This document shows, piece by piece, positions 11,112-22,629 of a stretch of 64,000 nt of DNA. The notes under the pieces were generated by a model. The model was not told the DNA's origin. It did no database searches and worked only from the letters and a program-made list of their open reading frames with translations. Both the position numbers and the translations under genes were made by a program. The stretch is from Camelus ferus. Its lineage: Eukaryota. How positions within the stretch are numbered: position 1 is the stretch's first letter; every line of letters begins with the position of its first letter. Where the stretch lies: positions 25,978,001 through 26,042,000 of the forward strand of contig NC_045717.1 of NCBI RefSeq assembly GCF_009834535.1, in the 5' to 3' direction.

Positions 11112-11749
11112 GGCGCCGCCGCGACCCAGTACGCGGAGTGCGGGCCGCGCCCTCCCGGCCGCCCTCCCCGCTAGCGCCGCCGCCGGCGCCAAAAGCGTCC
11201 CACCGCGCCGTCCCGGAAGCGCAGCAGGAGCTGCCACGCCTGCGCGCTCCTGGGCCGCTCAGCCTGTCAATCACCGGCGGGGGGCCGTAGCGCCCCGGGG
11301 GCCTCGCAGAGCCTTCGTGGGGCGCACAGGATAGTGGGCAAGATGGGCAAGATTGTTATATATAACAGTGCAGTAAGGTGGACCCTCGGTGGGAGCGGAA
11401 TAAAGTACCCCCACGACCGGAAGCGCCCTTTGCTAAAGTGAACGGAGCAGGCTTGAGGAAGGGAAGGACGTAATTCCCCATCCCGCGAGATCTGGCTCCG
11501 TGAGAATTAAGCCGAGCGGGAGACTGTCGAGAGCCGTTACGCATGCGCACTTCAGCTTCCGGCCTGCGTTCTTCCTTTCCTGGCGCCTCCGGAGCAGGTA
11601 GCCCGCGCCGCTGGGCGGGCCAGGCATGCGCACACGGAAATCCCCGCCCCGCCTGCCCTCGGAAGTGCTTTCTTAGCCACTGGCGCGCTTGCGCAAGACG
11701 AGGTCTTCGTGGCGGCGGTGGCGGCTGAATAGGCTACGGCCGTGCTTTG
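11112..11749. promoter_or_regulatory. Bidirectional CpG-island promoter shared by PLEKHJ1 (-) and SF3A2 (+)
   Basis: CpG-dense from ~10.7 to 12.1 kb. NRF1 motifs GCATGCGCA at ~11541 and ~11624, ETS/GABP CGGAAG at ~11418, ~11557 (reverse) and ~11660, a TCCCGCGAGA motif at ~11481, and an AT palindrome at 11354-11367. The two genes are head-to-head. Confidence 0.85.
11660..11749 (+). other. SF3A2: SF3A2 non-coding exon 1 (start approximate)
   Basis: Ends at donor TTG|GTGGGT (11750). SF3A2 exon 2 begins at an acceptor upstream of the ATG, so a non-coding first exon is required. Confidence 0.6.
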
Positions 11750-12450
11750 GTGGGTGCGGGTTTGGAGCGGCGCCGGGCGAGGGTGGCGACCCCCGGGGGA
11801 TTCCCTGGAGGGGATTGGGCGAGGGGGGGCCTCGGCGGGAGCGCGGGCTGAGGGCGGGGGTCCGGCTCTGGGTAGGCCCGACGCCCCGCCCGCTCGGAAT
11901 TCCGGCTGCAAAGGCCCGTTGGGTCGGGTCGGGGTGGGCGCTCCCGCGGCCCGGAGACTCGTCGATTGGTTCGCTGGCTCTGTGGGCCGGGACCCGCCCT
12001 AGGTCCTGAGGGGTGGGGGCGACGGCAGCCCTTGTGCCAGGCCCAGTAAGAAGTAAGGAAGGTCCGGGGCGGAGCGCCCGGCAGCGTGCCCGAGGCCAGC
12101 CGAGCCCGTTAGCTGGCCCCGTTTTGCAAGCGAATCCCGGAGGTTAAGTGACTTCCACGCCTGTCACACTAGGTGCCCGGCCGCTCCTCCCTTCTGTCGA
12201 TTGACAGCTCTGAAGGCCCGAAAGAGCTCGTAAATAGCATAGTTCTTTCTGGATGTGTGGGTTTAGACGTGGGCTGACTGCCGTGATTAGTGAGGTCTCG
12301 TTTGTGCCTTCCACCCACCCGCTCCAACCTCACCGTGCGATTCTGTGTCATAAGCTTTAGTCAAACCTCTCATCCTGTGTTCTAGGGCTGGAAGTACAGC
12401 TCGCTGCCCAGGCGGGTAGTGTGTTCAGCTCAGCCGCTTTTCTTGTACGG

Positions 12451-12452
<2 letters not shown>

Positions 12453-12502
<50 letters not shown>
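12453..12502 (+). repeat. (CA)25 microsatellite in SF3A2 intron 1
   Basis: Perfect dinucleotide run counted directly. Confidence 0.97.
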
Positions 12503-12505
<3 letters not shown>

Positions 12506-12829
12506 CGAAACAATTAATTTCTTCACTTTTCCTGTTAGCCTGACTTTTTGTCTGTTGTTAGTTTTTTTTCCTCAAAGCATCATCACCTCACACACTGATC
12601 AGTTGTGTTTTCCCCACAGGTTTAAACAAATGGATGACTTTTCCCATTTCCCCGTAGAAACTCCCTCTCAAAGCTAGCATACCGCTGCTCACGTTGGGAC
12701 TGGAGCCCCACCTTGCATTTGAGTAGCTGTCCTAGAACCTTCTGTCTGTGTTCCCCTCGGCTGCCTTCTGTCTTCAGTCTGACCATCTGCTCCCCTTCCT
12801 CCTTTCCTTCCATCAGAACACGTCAAGTA

Positions 12830-13500
12830 GTTTTTTAAAAAGTCGACTCATTTATTTGAGCCCTGGATTAGCTGGAAATGGCTTTATTTACCATCACAGT
12901 AAGAGGTCTGGGTGTAAAATTCTAGGTTGGAAATCCGCAGTGGGAATTGTGAAAGCATTATATGCTCACTGAAGAGTTTGATCCCATTTTGGTTTCTAAT
13001 TATTGTTTCTGATTTTCTTCATGTCTAGAAGAATCTGAAGGTTTTCCTTGGTGTTGTAAAAGTTCTTGGTCCATAAACTTATCTGAGAGTCTTTTTCTTC
13101 GCTCCTGTGTGAAGAATGGTGCCTTTCAGCCCTGGGATACTTTCACTTCTTTGATGATGTTCTTACATGATTCCTTTGACAGTCCTCTCCACGTTTCTTT
13201 CTGTTTTCAGACCAGAATTCCTAGGTTCTTGCTTTTCCTCCTGTTGTCTTGTGGTTGCTTTTGGTTTTCATTTTTCTGTTTTCTTTGTGGAAGCTTTGTT
13301 GCCTCTGAGTCCTCGGACGCAGTTTTTTGTTCTGATCCTCACATCTTTGATTTTAAAGGGTTCGTCTGGTTTTAATTCGCCATGCTGACCTTTGACATCC
13401 AATTCCAGTTTCACGATGCAGTAACACTAACTAACCCATCTTCTATTGAGGTTTCCATCGGGCTTCACTTTTCTCTGACACGTGCGAGTCTTTGTGTCTC
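12830..13500 (-). mobile_element. Old L1M/L1ME-like fragment
   Basis: T-rich degenerate sequence with L1 antisense motifs (GGGTGTAAAATTCTAGGTTGG, CCATTTTGG..., TCTTTTTCTTC). Confidence 0.5.
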
Positions 13501-14920
13501 TTTGTGTGAAGTTACCTGTGCTTCTCATCTAGTGAGCTCAGGGGGCCTGGCAGGGGCTGAGTTTCTTGGGGGGTGTGGGGCACCCCTACTGGGAGCTCTA
13601 GCTGGGTCTCCCACCTCTTGTACGGGGTCAGGGGGCTGCCTGCTATTCAGCTGGCAGGTTTGGATGGACTGGCCCTCTTCTCAGCCTGGCCCTCACCCTG
13701 GCCTGCCTTGGCCCAGGATTCCAGTTCCTGCCCAGGGAGTCAAGGCGCTGGGCACGTGGCCTTCTCCCTGTGCTGAGCTCTCATTCCGGGGGTGGTGCAG
13801 CCAGAGCAGGGGCCCACGTGTTCAGGGGGCTGCAGGTGACCAGCACTTTGCGTTCCCATGGTTGCTGGGCTTTTCTGTCACTTGATGAGGGATTAAATAT
13901 TTGGATTTGGGTTTCCTGAGCCCATCAGGTTCTCTCCACAGGCGCTTTTTGCAACTCCTATGGTGCATGTTTCCCAGCTTAGAGCCAAAGCCTGTTCCGG
14001 CTGTTTCAGAGAAACTGGGCTCACCCCTAACTCACTGGGACTCTTGGCCCTGTTGACCTTTTGCCTTCTGAGTCCTCCTCAGCTCCGCCCAGCTGCTGGG
14101 CCAGAGGAATGTGTTGGAGATGTGGCTGATGTGTGATTGAAAACAGGGGCACCCGAGCAGGCCTGTGGCCCAGAAGTTGTGCCGCCGGGCGTCTCCCAGA
14201 GGAGCAAAGCGGGGGCTTCTCCCCGAGCCCCGGCCCTCACTGGGTGACAGCTGTCTTGACACGCGTGACCTGTCCTGCTATGGGTTTGCTTTGCATTTCC
14301 TTGATGACAGTGACTGTGGGCACCTTGTCATGTGTGTGTGTCGCCAGCTGCAGAGTCGGTGAAAGCACTGCCAGTTGGTTTTCAGTATTTGGGTCACGCC
14401 ATCCTCTCAGGCCCCAGGGAAGTCAGTGTGGACCCTGGGAAAGGCAGCTCGCAGGCACCTGGGCTGAGCTGCAGGCAGACGCGGAGCCCCACGAGCACCC
14501 TGTATGCTCTCTCCTCCCCCAACCTGGAGAAGCCGAGGCTCCTATGGGAAGAGCGAGTCTTCCCCAGCAGGTGCGGGCGGTGCTGGGGCGGGCAATCAGC
14601 CTGGCAGAGAGCGTCCTGCACTGCGGAGCAGACTGTGGCTGGCGGCCCTGGGTGCACTTTTCCCTGGTCTCACCGACCGTGATGGGCAGTGAGGGCTGGC
14701 CTTCTGGTGTCGTGGCCTCCTCCTCGTGTTGACCTGGTCTTTGCTTCATGAGGTTGACCCTGCCGTCTTTCCTACCTCAGCTGGCAGAGTTTGAGTTGGC
14801 AGCTCTGGACAGACTTGGTGAAATAAAAGTTCTGACCCTGTGATTCTACAGCCAACTGGAAGGTCACTCCACTGGCTACCAGTTGGGAGGTTCGCTGGCA
14901 CAGCTGGCCTGTGCCTGGAC

Positions 14921-15352
14921 TGTTACTTTCCCGTGGCTGGTGTAGCAAAGCAGCACAAACCTAGCTTAAACAGCAGCGGTTTATTACGTGACTCTGGAGG
15001 TCAGAAGTTCAGCATGAGTCTCACTGAGCTTTACTCCTTCCGGAGGCTCCAGGGAGAAGCGGCTCCTGCCTCTTCCAGCTTCTAGAGGCACCGCATCCCT
15101 GGCTCGCGGCCCGCCCTCCATCCTCACCGCCAGCAGCGCAGCATCCCCCGTCTCTGTCTGACTCTGACCTCCCTCCTCCCTCTGATGAGGACCCTGTGAG
15201 GATACAGGGCCCCCTGGGAATCCAGGGTCACCCCCATCCCAGCGGCCTTAATCCCACCTGCAAAGTCCCCTCTGCCCCGTGACGTGACAGGTCCAGGCGC
15301 CCTGGGGATTGGGATAGGGACATCTCTGGGGGGTCACGTTCACTCCAGAGCC
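14921..15352 (-). mobile_element. MaLR solo LTR (MLT1A-like) in SF3A2 intron 1
   Basis: TCTGGAGGTCAGAAGT...CTCTTCCAGCTTCTAGAGG...CCTGCAAAGTCCC...GGACATCTCTGGGGG are diagnostic of MLT1A in reverse. Confidence 0.85.
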
Positions 15353-15820
15353 CCATCCCTGTGAAGTTAACCCCACAGAGTCAAGATACCGTGGGTTTAA
15401 ACCTGGGGTGGGGCCAGTGTGGATCAGTGAAGAAGAGAGTATAAGATGAGAGGAAGGTTCCTGGGGGCAGCTCTGAGCTGAGCCTGAGCGTGGGAAGCCG
15501 TAGCTGGCTGGGTGTCGAGGGCGTGGAAGGGGACTTTGAGCTCTTAGGGGAGCCTTCCTCAGCCACAGCCGAGTCTGGAATGTCAATCGTGTGCGAGGCC
15601 TTGGGGGTGGCTGGGAGGTGGGTACATAGACAGGTGACATGTTCCTTGTCTCCAGCAAGTTTACAGCTGAGCCAGAGGAATGGAACTTAGGTTGGGAGAT
15701 GGGAGTGCAGACAAGCAGGAAGGGAATTCAAAGGACGGAGCGGACACCATGGGCTGGGCAGTCTGGGAAGGCTTCTTGGAGGTCAGTCTAACTAATGAGA
15801 ACTGGGCTTCATCTTCCCCA

Positions 15821-16378
15821 GTTTTTTTTTTTTTTTTTTTTAACTTTTTTTTTCCGTTGAAGTGTAGTCGGTTATAGTGTGTCAGTGTCTGGTGCACAGC
15901 GTGATGTCCCGGTCGTGGGTACGTATACATACATTCATCCTCTTCGTTAAAGGTTACTACGAAGTAGTCGATACACTTCCCTGTGCTATACAGAAGAAAT
16001 TTGTTTTTTATCTCTTTTTTTATATAAATGGTTAACATCTGAAAATCTCAAGTTCCCAAATGTATACCTTCACACCTCTTTTCCCCCGTAATCGTAAGAT
16101 TGTTTACCGTGTCTGCAAGTGTGCTTCTGTTTTGTAGATGGGCTTTTTGACATCCTCTTTTTTCTTTTCTTTCCTTTTTTTAAAATTTTTTTTACATTCC
16201 ACACACAAATGATATCATGGTATTTTTCTTTTTCTTCCTGGCTTACTTGGAATGACAATCTCCAGGTCCATCCATGCTGCTACAAATGGCATTTTATTCT
16301 TTTTATCACTGAGTAATATTTCGTTGTGTAAAATATACTACATCTTTTTTATCCAGTTGTCTGTCGATGGACATTTCC
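15821..16378 (-). mobile_element. LINE-1 3' end with poly(A) tail (poly-T on +), artiodactyl-type
   Basis: Poly-T at 15821-15850, then TTGAAGTGTAGTC...CTTCCCTGTGCTATACAG...CTCCAGGTCCATCCATG...GATGGACATT. Confidence 0.85.
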
Positions 16379-16636
16379 TGTTGCTATTTTGGCTCCCTGG
16401 GCCTTTGCACCCCTCAGACTAGAGGGACTTCTCTCTAGTGCACCATCACGGTCATCTGGAGACTCCCTGTTTAGCCTTATTCCTTGTTCCCGTGTATCTG
16501 GCCCATAGAGGACCCTCGGCCACTAGAAGAGACTTGGTGAAGACGGGGCATGGGGGTGGGCGTGGGCTCTCACAGCTGCTCTGCCCTGTCTCCACAGGTT
16601 TCTCCCCTGGTCTGATACAGCCCCAGGGCCTTGACC

Positions 16637-19600
16637 ATGGACTTCCAACATCGCCCCGGAGGCAAGACCGGGAGTGGGGGCGTGGCCTCCTCCTCTGAGA
16701 GCAACCGGGACCGCAGGGAGCGCCTTCGGCAGCTGGCCCTGGAGACCATTGACATCAACAAGGTACCTCCTCCCTAGGCCCCTTCCCACCGCCTATGCCC
16801 ACCAGCAGGCTGTCCGCCCCCCAGCCTCGGGGGCCTGCTTTCTGACCCAGGGAACTTGACCAAGAGCAGCAGCCCTCAGCTACCTGCCAGAGACTGCTGT
16901 GCACAGCCCCCATTAGAAGGGCTGTTTCACAGCAGGAGCTTTACTAAACCGGAGACCTGTGTAATTGCTGGTGGTGAGGGTCCTGGTGGCTCTGGATGCT
17001 TGGATATCACCGCAGCCACGGGCGGGGAAGGACAGCTGCTTATCTGTGCAGCTGTTGGTAGGCAAGTCCCCCCTCGGCCCTGGGGACATATGGGGCGTCC
17101 CAGGCACTGGGGGGGTGGGGCAGCCTTGGGGGCAGACCTCCCCTGGTGAGACCCCTGGGTTAGGGGTTCCACAGACCAGCCCCAACACGCACTCCATGAC
17201 CCTCTGACCTCTGAGGTCCTGGGATGCTGCACACGTCACACCTGAGTGGGGGTGGGGATTTAGATTCTGGGGTTACCCTGGTTTGTGCCGTCTGGAGTTT
17301 ATTCTGGTGTGTGATATGAGCAGAGGTCAGACTCAGGATTTTCCCAGATGATTGACTAAGGGTTTCTGAGCCTCAGTGTGGCTGCGGGGCCAGGTCATTC
17401 CTCGGGTGGGGGGGTGAGCAGTGTCCCTGGTGCCTGCCCACTCATGCCAGGAGCAGCCCCAGTACGCTGGACGCAGAGGCCCCAGGCGACGCCCGGTGTC
17501 CCCTGGGGGCAGAGCCGCCAGAGCGACCCCCAGTGTTGTGTGCAGTGGCCCCTTACAGTTTGAGATGTGTCGGGCCCTCTCTGTGTGCCAGGCACCCCCC
17601 AGGCCTCTTGCAGGCCTGGCCTGTGAGGCTGGTTCTGTTACTCTTTTTTTTTCTTTTTTTATAGATTTTATTTGTTATTGTATCATTTAATTATTTTATT
17701 GTGGTGGGGGTCGGGGGAGGTAATTAGATTTATTTTCTTTCAGAGGAGGTACTAGGGGTTGAACCCAGGACCTCGGGCATGCTAAGCACACACTCTACCA
17801 CTTGAGCTATCCCCTCTCCCCATTTTCCAGATGAGGAAACAGAGTTAGGTGGGGTGGGACTGTCATTGCACAGATGGTACAGCCACTGGGTTGGGGAATG
17901 AGGACTTGAACCCCTGGTGTCAGCTCCACACCTGAGGTCAGAAGTGCCTGCCCCGCCGCCCCTCTCAGGGGTGCCACTGGTCAGCCCTGGAGCCCGACCC
18001 CACTGACAGGGCACGCAGGGACGCGGGCCTTCTCCAGCCTTTGACCTGGTTGCTTCTCTCTGCCCATGTCAGGCTTGTGCTGCAGCACTTGGAGTGCTGG
18101 CCTGTCCTGGGGGGAGGTGATGAGCCACGGTGCTGTTTCAGCTCCGCCTCCTTCTTGACCCCAGGTCGCCATGAGTGTGGGGTCAGGGGCTCCCTGGGGG
18201 ACCCCCCTCCTGGAGCTTGCTGTGGGTGCAGACAGGCAGGGTAGACTCCAGGTTTCTGCAGGATCCCAGGGGCCATGCTGCTGCCTTAAGGGCTCCTGCT
18301 TGTCCCTCTCCTCGAGGACGACCCCCAGTGCCAGCCAAGGGTGAGCCATGCGTCTTGGACAGAAAGAGGCCTTGGCGCCGCGGACCCAGCACGGCAGGGC
18401 CACCTCCCTTTGTCTGACAAACGTACTTTCCTTTCAGGATCCTTACTTCATGAAAAACCACCTGGGCTCGTATGAGTGCAAGTTGTGCCTGACACTGCAC
18501 AACAATGAGGTGTGTCTGCCCGTCCCTGTCCCCCCTGCCCGTCCCCTCCCCTCCCCATACAGCCTGGCTCTGCCCCGCTGGCCTTGTCACTCCTGAGATG
18601 TGGGTCACTACTCAGTGAGGCGCGGGCGGCCTGAAAGTGGCCACTGACACAGCGGGGCCCGGCTCAAACGTGTCTTTCTAGGAGAGACACTGTCACTCCA
18701 GACAGAGGCCCAAGCCCCGCTGTCCCCAGCCTCTGTCCTGCATGGTGTGGCTCTGGCCCTAGTCAGCATTCTGAGCACCCAGGGTGGTCTGATGACCGCT
18801 CACGCTCACGCTGGGCTCCTTACCTCGGTTAAGATTTGGTCTCCTCTGTCCTCTACCATGCCGGTGAGGACTTGGTTTATGTCCAGCTCTCAGCTGCGGG
18901 CTGCAGCACTGAATTAAACAGTCTCACGTGTGCGGGTCTGCCCTGCGGCACTGGGCTGGCTGTCCTCTGGGGGGCCACCGTGGGCACGGTTTCCCCGGGG
19001 AGCCAGAAGAACCCTAGTTGAGAACCGCTGGTGTGCGCATCCCCTCTCTGGGCATCACGGAGGTGGACTCACTGCCAGGTGCCTGGCGGCGCCCACAGTC
19101 CAGCTGGGCCCACACCTGCACCTGCAGCCTCGGCGAGACTTCCCGTGTCACAGACATCTGGGACCTTCATCTTCTCCGCCTTTACGGGCGCTCGTCCCCC
19201 TCTGTGCAGACCCTCTAGACCGCGTTTACTCAGCCGCCATCAGGGCCCCCAGGCACCTCTACCCGTGTCTTGAACTGTGTGTCCCTCTCCTGTTGCAGGG
19301 GAGTTACCTGGCACACACCCAGGGGAAGAAGCATCAGACCAACTTGTGAGTACCTCCCAATCCCGCCCCCCATCACCCCACCTAATTCCCTGCCCCCCTC
19401 ACCTCCCAGACCAGCTCCAAGGTCAGGCGGAGGCCACTCTTGGCACCTGGGCCTGTGGCCTTGGCGGCCCGTGTGGAGGGGCCGCGGCACTGTGTCCATC
19501 CTGCCTACAGGGCCCGGCGAGCGGCCAAGGAGGCCAAGGAGGCCCCTGCCCAGCCAGCGCCAGAGAAGGTCAAGGTGGAGGTGAAGAAGTTCGTGAAGAT

Positions 19601-22093
19601 CGGCCGCCCAGGCTACAAAGGTGAGGGCGGCCCTGGCCCTGAGCCACGCCCCCTCCATCCGCCTTCTGGGGAGTCTGTTCATTTCCTGTCGGAAGGGTTC
19701 CTCCCCACACGACGGGGGAGTTAAGTGTCTTCTCCATACCCGTTGGGGTGTCTTGGGAGGTCCTAGTGAAGGTGGGTGAGCGTGTGAGAGGGGACAGCGA
19801 GCCCTGGCATGGCCCTGCCTGTGACCTGGGAACCAGTACTGGGTCCTCCTAATCCAACAAGAAGGAGGATGTTAGGGTGAGGGTCTGTGTCAGCAGCAGC
19901 GCCTGGGTCACCTGAAGCAGAAAGCTGGGCAGGTGGCCCGACTGGAGCCCAGGACTGTGTTCCTGGGAGAAAGGGAGGCAGGCTGCCTGGCAGGTGTTCC
20001 TCCCAAAGTGGAGACATGCTGTGTGTGGCTGGCAGAGGCCCTGGGGTGGGCCTGCTTGGTGAACCAGGGCTAAGGTGGCAGCATCCACCCGAGGAGGCCA
20101 CCAAAGTCCTCTTGGCCACGATGGGCCATCGTGCCTCTTCTGGGTGTGGGGGGGGGGCACTGGGGCCTCGGGGAGTGCAGTGTGCCCAGGAGCTGCGTGA
20201 AGAGCAGCCAGGAGCTGCAGAGCTCTGAAGCGAGGGGCACCCTCTCCCAGAAGCAGGGCTGCTGCCTCAACCCGCACACTCAGTGCTGCCAGGTCTGGGA
20301 TGGGGGCCTCTGCAGCACAGCCCCCACCCGTGGACAGTGCCCATCCAGCTGCGGAGGGAGGGCCATGGGCGTTCGCCAGCCAGGCAGCGGCCCCCAGGGC
20401 ACGCGCTCCTGTTTGTGGGTGGTGTTCGGCCAGCACCAGGGTCCCTTGTCTTCGGGGGAGATGAGCCGACCTGGTCCTGAGACCCGCCCTTGTTGCAGTG
20501 ACCAAGCAGAGGGACACGGAGGTGGGCCAGCAGAGCCTCCTCTTCCAGGTGAGCCGAGGCCGCGGGGACCCTGTCCTGAGGGGAGGGGCCCTAAAAAGCA
20601 GTGCTGCCACCCTGCTGTGTCCCCACAGATTGACTACCCCGAGATCGCCGAGGGCATCATGCCACGCCACCGCTTCATGTCCGCCTATGAGCAGAGGATC
20701 GAGCCACCGGACCGGCGCTGGCAATACCTGCTCATGGCCGCTGAGCCCTACGAGACCATCGCCTTCAAGGTAGCGAGTCCAGGATCTTGTGAGGTGGGGA
20801 GCCAGCCAGAGGGTCTGCTCCATCCAGGCAGGTGGCCTCGGGCCCACTCGGGGTGCCCCCTCCTGACCAGGCTGGAGGTGTCCCTTCGGGCCTGGCCTGC
20901 TGAGGGGGTGGCCAAGGACAACGCAGCGCACGAGTTGAAGGCTGGGTGCCTGCCAAGAAGCAGAGGCCTGGCGCCGGGCGGGGCGGGGCAGGATGGCCCA
21001 CGGGTTGCCAAGCAGCAGCGTCAGTGACTGTTATCCTGAAACCTCAACCCTGCCCTGACAGGGGGCCTCCTCGGGGTCCTGAAGCCCCGCTTCTGCCCGC
21101 CCCCACCCCACACAGGTGCCGAGCAGGGAGATTGACAAGGCTGAAGGCAAGTTTTGGACTCACTGGAACCGGGAAACCAAACAGGTGAGTCACTCCAAGT
21201 CTGGGCAACTCCAGAACCTTCTCCCAGCCAGGGCCCCAAGGGGTCCCATTCAGCCCCTTCTTTTTTTCTAGTTTTTCCTCCAGTTCCACTTTAAGATGGA
21301 GAAGCCGCCGGCCCCACCGAGCCTCCCCGCCGGGCCTCCAGGGGTGAAACGGCCCCCACCCCCACTGATGAATGGCCTGCCTCCTCGGCCGCCACTGCCT
21401 GAGTCTTTGCCACCGCCCCCGCCGGGAGGCCTACCCCTGCCGCCCATGCCACCCAGCGGGCCTGCACCCTCAGGGCCCCCAGGCCCTCCCCAGCTGCCCC
21501 CACCAGCTCCCGGTGTCCATCCCCCAGCACCAGTAGTCCATCCTCCAACATCTGGGGTGCATCCCCCAGCTCCTGGGGTCCACCCACCAGCACCAGTGGT
21601 CCACCCACCAGCATCTGGGGTTCACCCCCCTGCTCCTGGAGTCCACCCTCCAGCCCCGGGAGTCCATCCTCCAGCGCCAGGAGTCCACCCTCCAGCACCA
21701 GGGGTCCATCCTCCCCCATCTGCTGGGGTTCACCCCCAGGCCCCAGGGGTGCACCCACCAGCTCCCGCAGTTCACCCCCAGGCCCCGGGGGTCCATCCAC
21801 CAGCTCCTGCAGTTCACCCCCAGGCCCCGGGGGTCCATCCACCAGCTCCTGGGGTCCACCCAGCAGCCCCTGGGATCCACCCCCAGCCTCCTGGAGTCCA
21901 CCCCCCACCTCCTGGGGTCCACCCATCAGCTCCTGGGGTCCATCCTCCGGCTCCTGGGGTCCATCCCCAGCCTCCTGGAGTTCACCCCTCCAATCCTGGG
22001 GTTCATCCCCCGACTCCCATGCCCCCGATGCTGAGGCCCCCACTGCCCTCCGAAGGGCCTGGGAACATTCCTCCCCCTCCCCCAACCAACTGA
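16637..22093 (+). CDS. SF3A2: Splicing factor 3A subunit 2 (SF3a66/SAP62), 478 aa, 8 coding exons
   Basis: join(16637-16762, 18438-18509, 19299-19345, 19511-19620, 20499-20548, 20629-20769, 21116-21184, 21272-22093) = 1437 nt. All introns are GT-AG. The protein has [15 protein letters not shown]..., a matrin-type zinc finger ([25 protein letters not shown]) and a GVHPPAP repeat tail. Confidence 0.98.
17644..17817 (-). mobile_element. tRNA-derived SINE (camelid vic-1-like)
   Basis: The reverse complement reads GAGGGGATAGCTCAAGTGGTAGAGTGTGTGCTTAGCATGCCCGAGGTCCTGGGTTCAACCCCTAGTACCTCC (A and B boxes) plus an AT-rich tail. Confidence 0.9.
17818..17945. mobile_element. MIR fragment
   Basis: CCCCATTTTCCAGATGAGGAAACAGAG...GACTTGAACCC is the MIR core. 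Confidence 0.7.
21512..22018 (+). repeat. Coding 21-nt tandem repeat: 24 GVHPPAP-type heptads of SF3A2
   Basis: Counted from the translation: 23 heptads plus one 8-residue unit (GVHPPPSA). Confidence 0.95.
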
Positions 22094-22191
22094 AAAGCTG
22101 CCCCTGTCCTAGCAAGTCTGCTTTTGTTTTCCTGTGCTTCCCCCCGGAGTGCAGTTGGGTGCTTTTGTACAGGGCTGGGCCCCCAGAGCCC

Positions 22192-22197
22192 ATTAAA
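22192..22197 (+). terminator. SF3A2 poly(A) signal ATTAAA
   Basis: Variant hexamer about 100 nt after the stop, followed by GU-rich sequence. No AATAAA was seen before AMH. Confidence 0.8.
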
Positions 22198-22629
22198 GAG
22201 TCCGTGCCGACCCTGGAGTGTTCTGCTGTGTCAGTGGGCAGGCCGGGGCAAGGGCTTGCAGTGACTGAATGCACCTTCGGAGGTGGCCCAGGGTCAGGAC
22301 ACCAGCAGGACACAAGTGGGTGGCCCCTGGGTGGGGCAGCCTGCGAGCCAGCAGCGCGTCTGGGGCTCTCCTCAGAGGAAAGCAGTGGCTGCTCGCTCCC
22401 CTTTGGGGCGCGTGGGGGGCCAGTACGCAGGGGCGGGGCCCGCCAGGCGCGCCTGGCTGCGGTCTGAGCGAGGGTGATGTGTTTTCCTCGGGCTGGTGCG
22501 CGGCCGTCTGGGGCAGGAGCGCTGGCCCTCTCTGCCCCCACCCCTGACCTGGGGGCTGTTGATAGTCTGGTCCGTTTGGGCTACTCACTCGCTGCTCACA
22601 GTCCCAGAGACTCCTGTCTCCAAAGGGGA

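Noticed and set aside
12215-12245. AGCTCTGAAGGCCCGAAAGAGCT resembles a hammerhead ribozyme core
   Set aside because: The core is CUGAAGG rather than CUGANGA, there is no stem II, and the flanks pair with each other as a simple hairpin.
15182-15215. CTGATGAG followed by a stem in the MLT1 LTR (also at ~32622), hammerhead-like
   Set aside because: There is no GAAA after the stem and no stem III or cleavage triplet.
17745-17817. tRNA-like sequences (also at 30.2, 31.6, 35.9, 39.0 and 40.0 kb)
   Set aside because: These are SINE heads with AT-rich tails and TSDs, and they lack a complete cloverleaf, so they are not tRNA genes.
19849-20931. 360-aa minus-strand ORF across SF3A2 introns and exons
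   Set aside because: It is a GC-rich shadow ORF with no homology or coding signature.
21291-22541. 416-aa minus-strand ORF with apparent heptad periodicity
   Set aside because: It is the antisense shadow of the SF3A2 proline-rich repeat. CCN-rich codons exclude stops on the opposite strand, and the periodicity is inherited.
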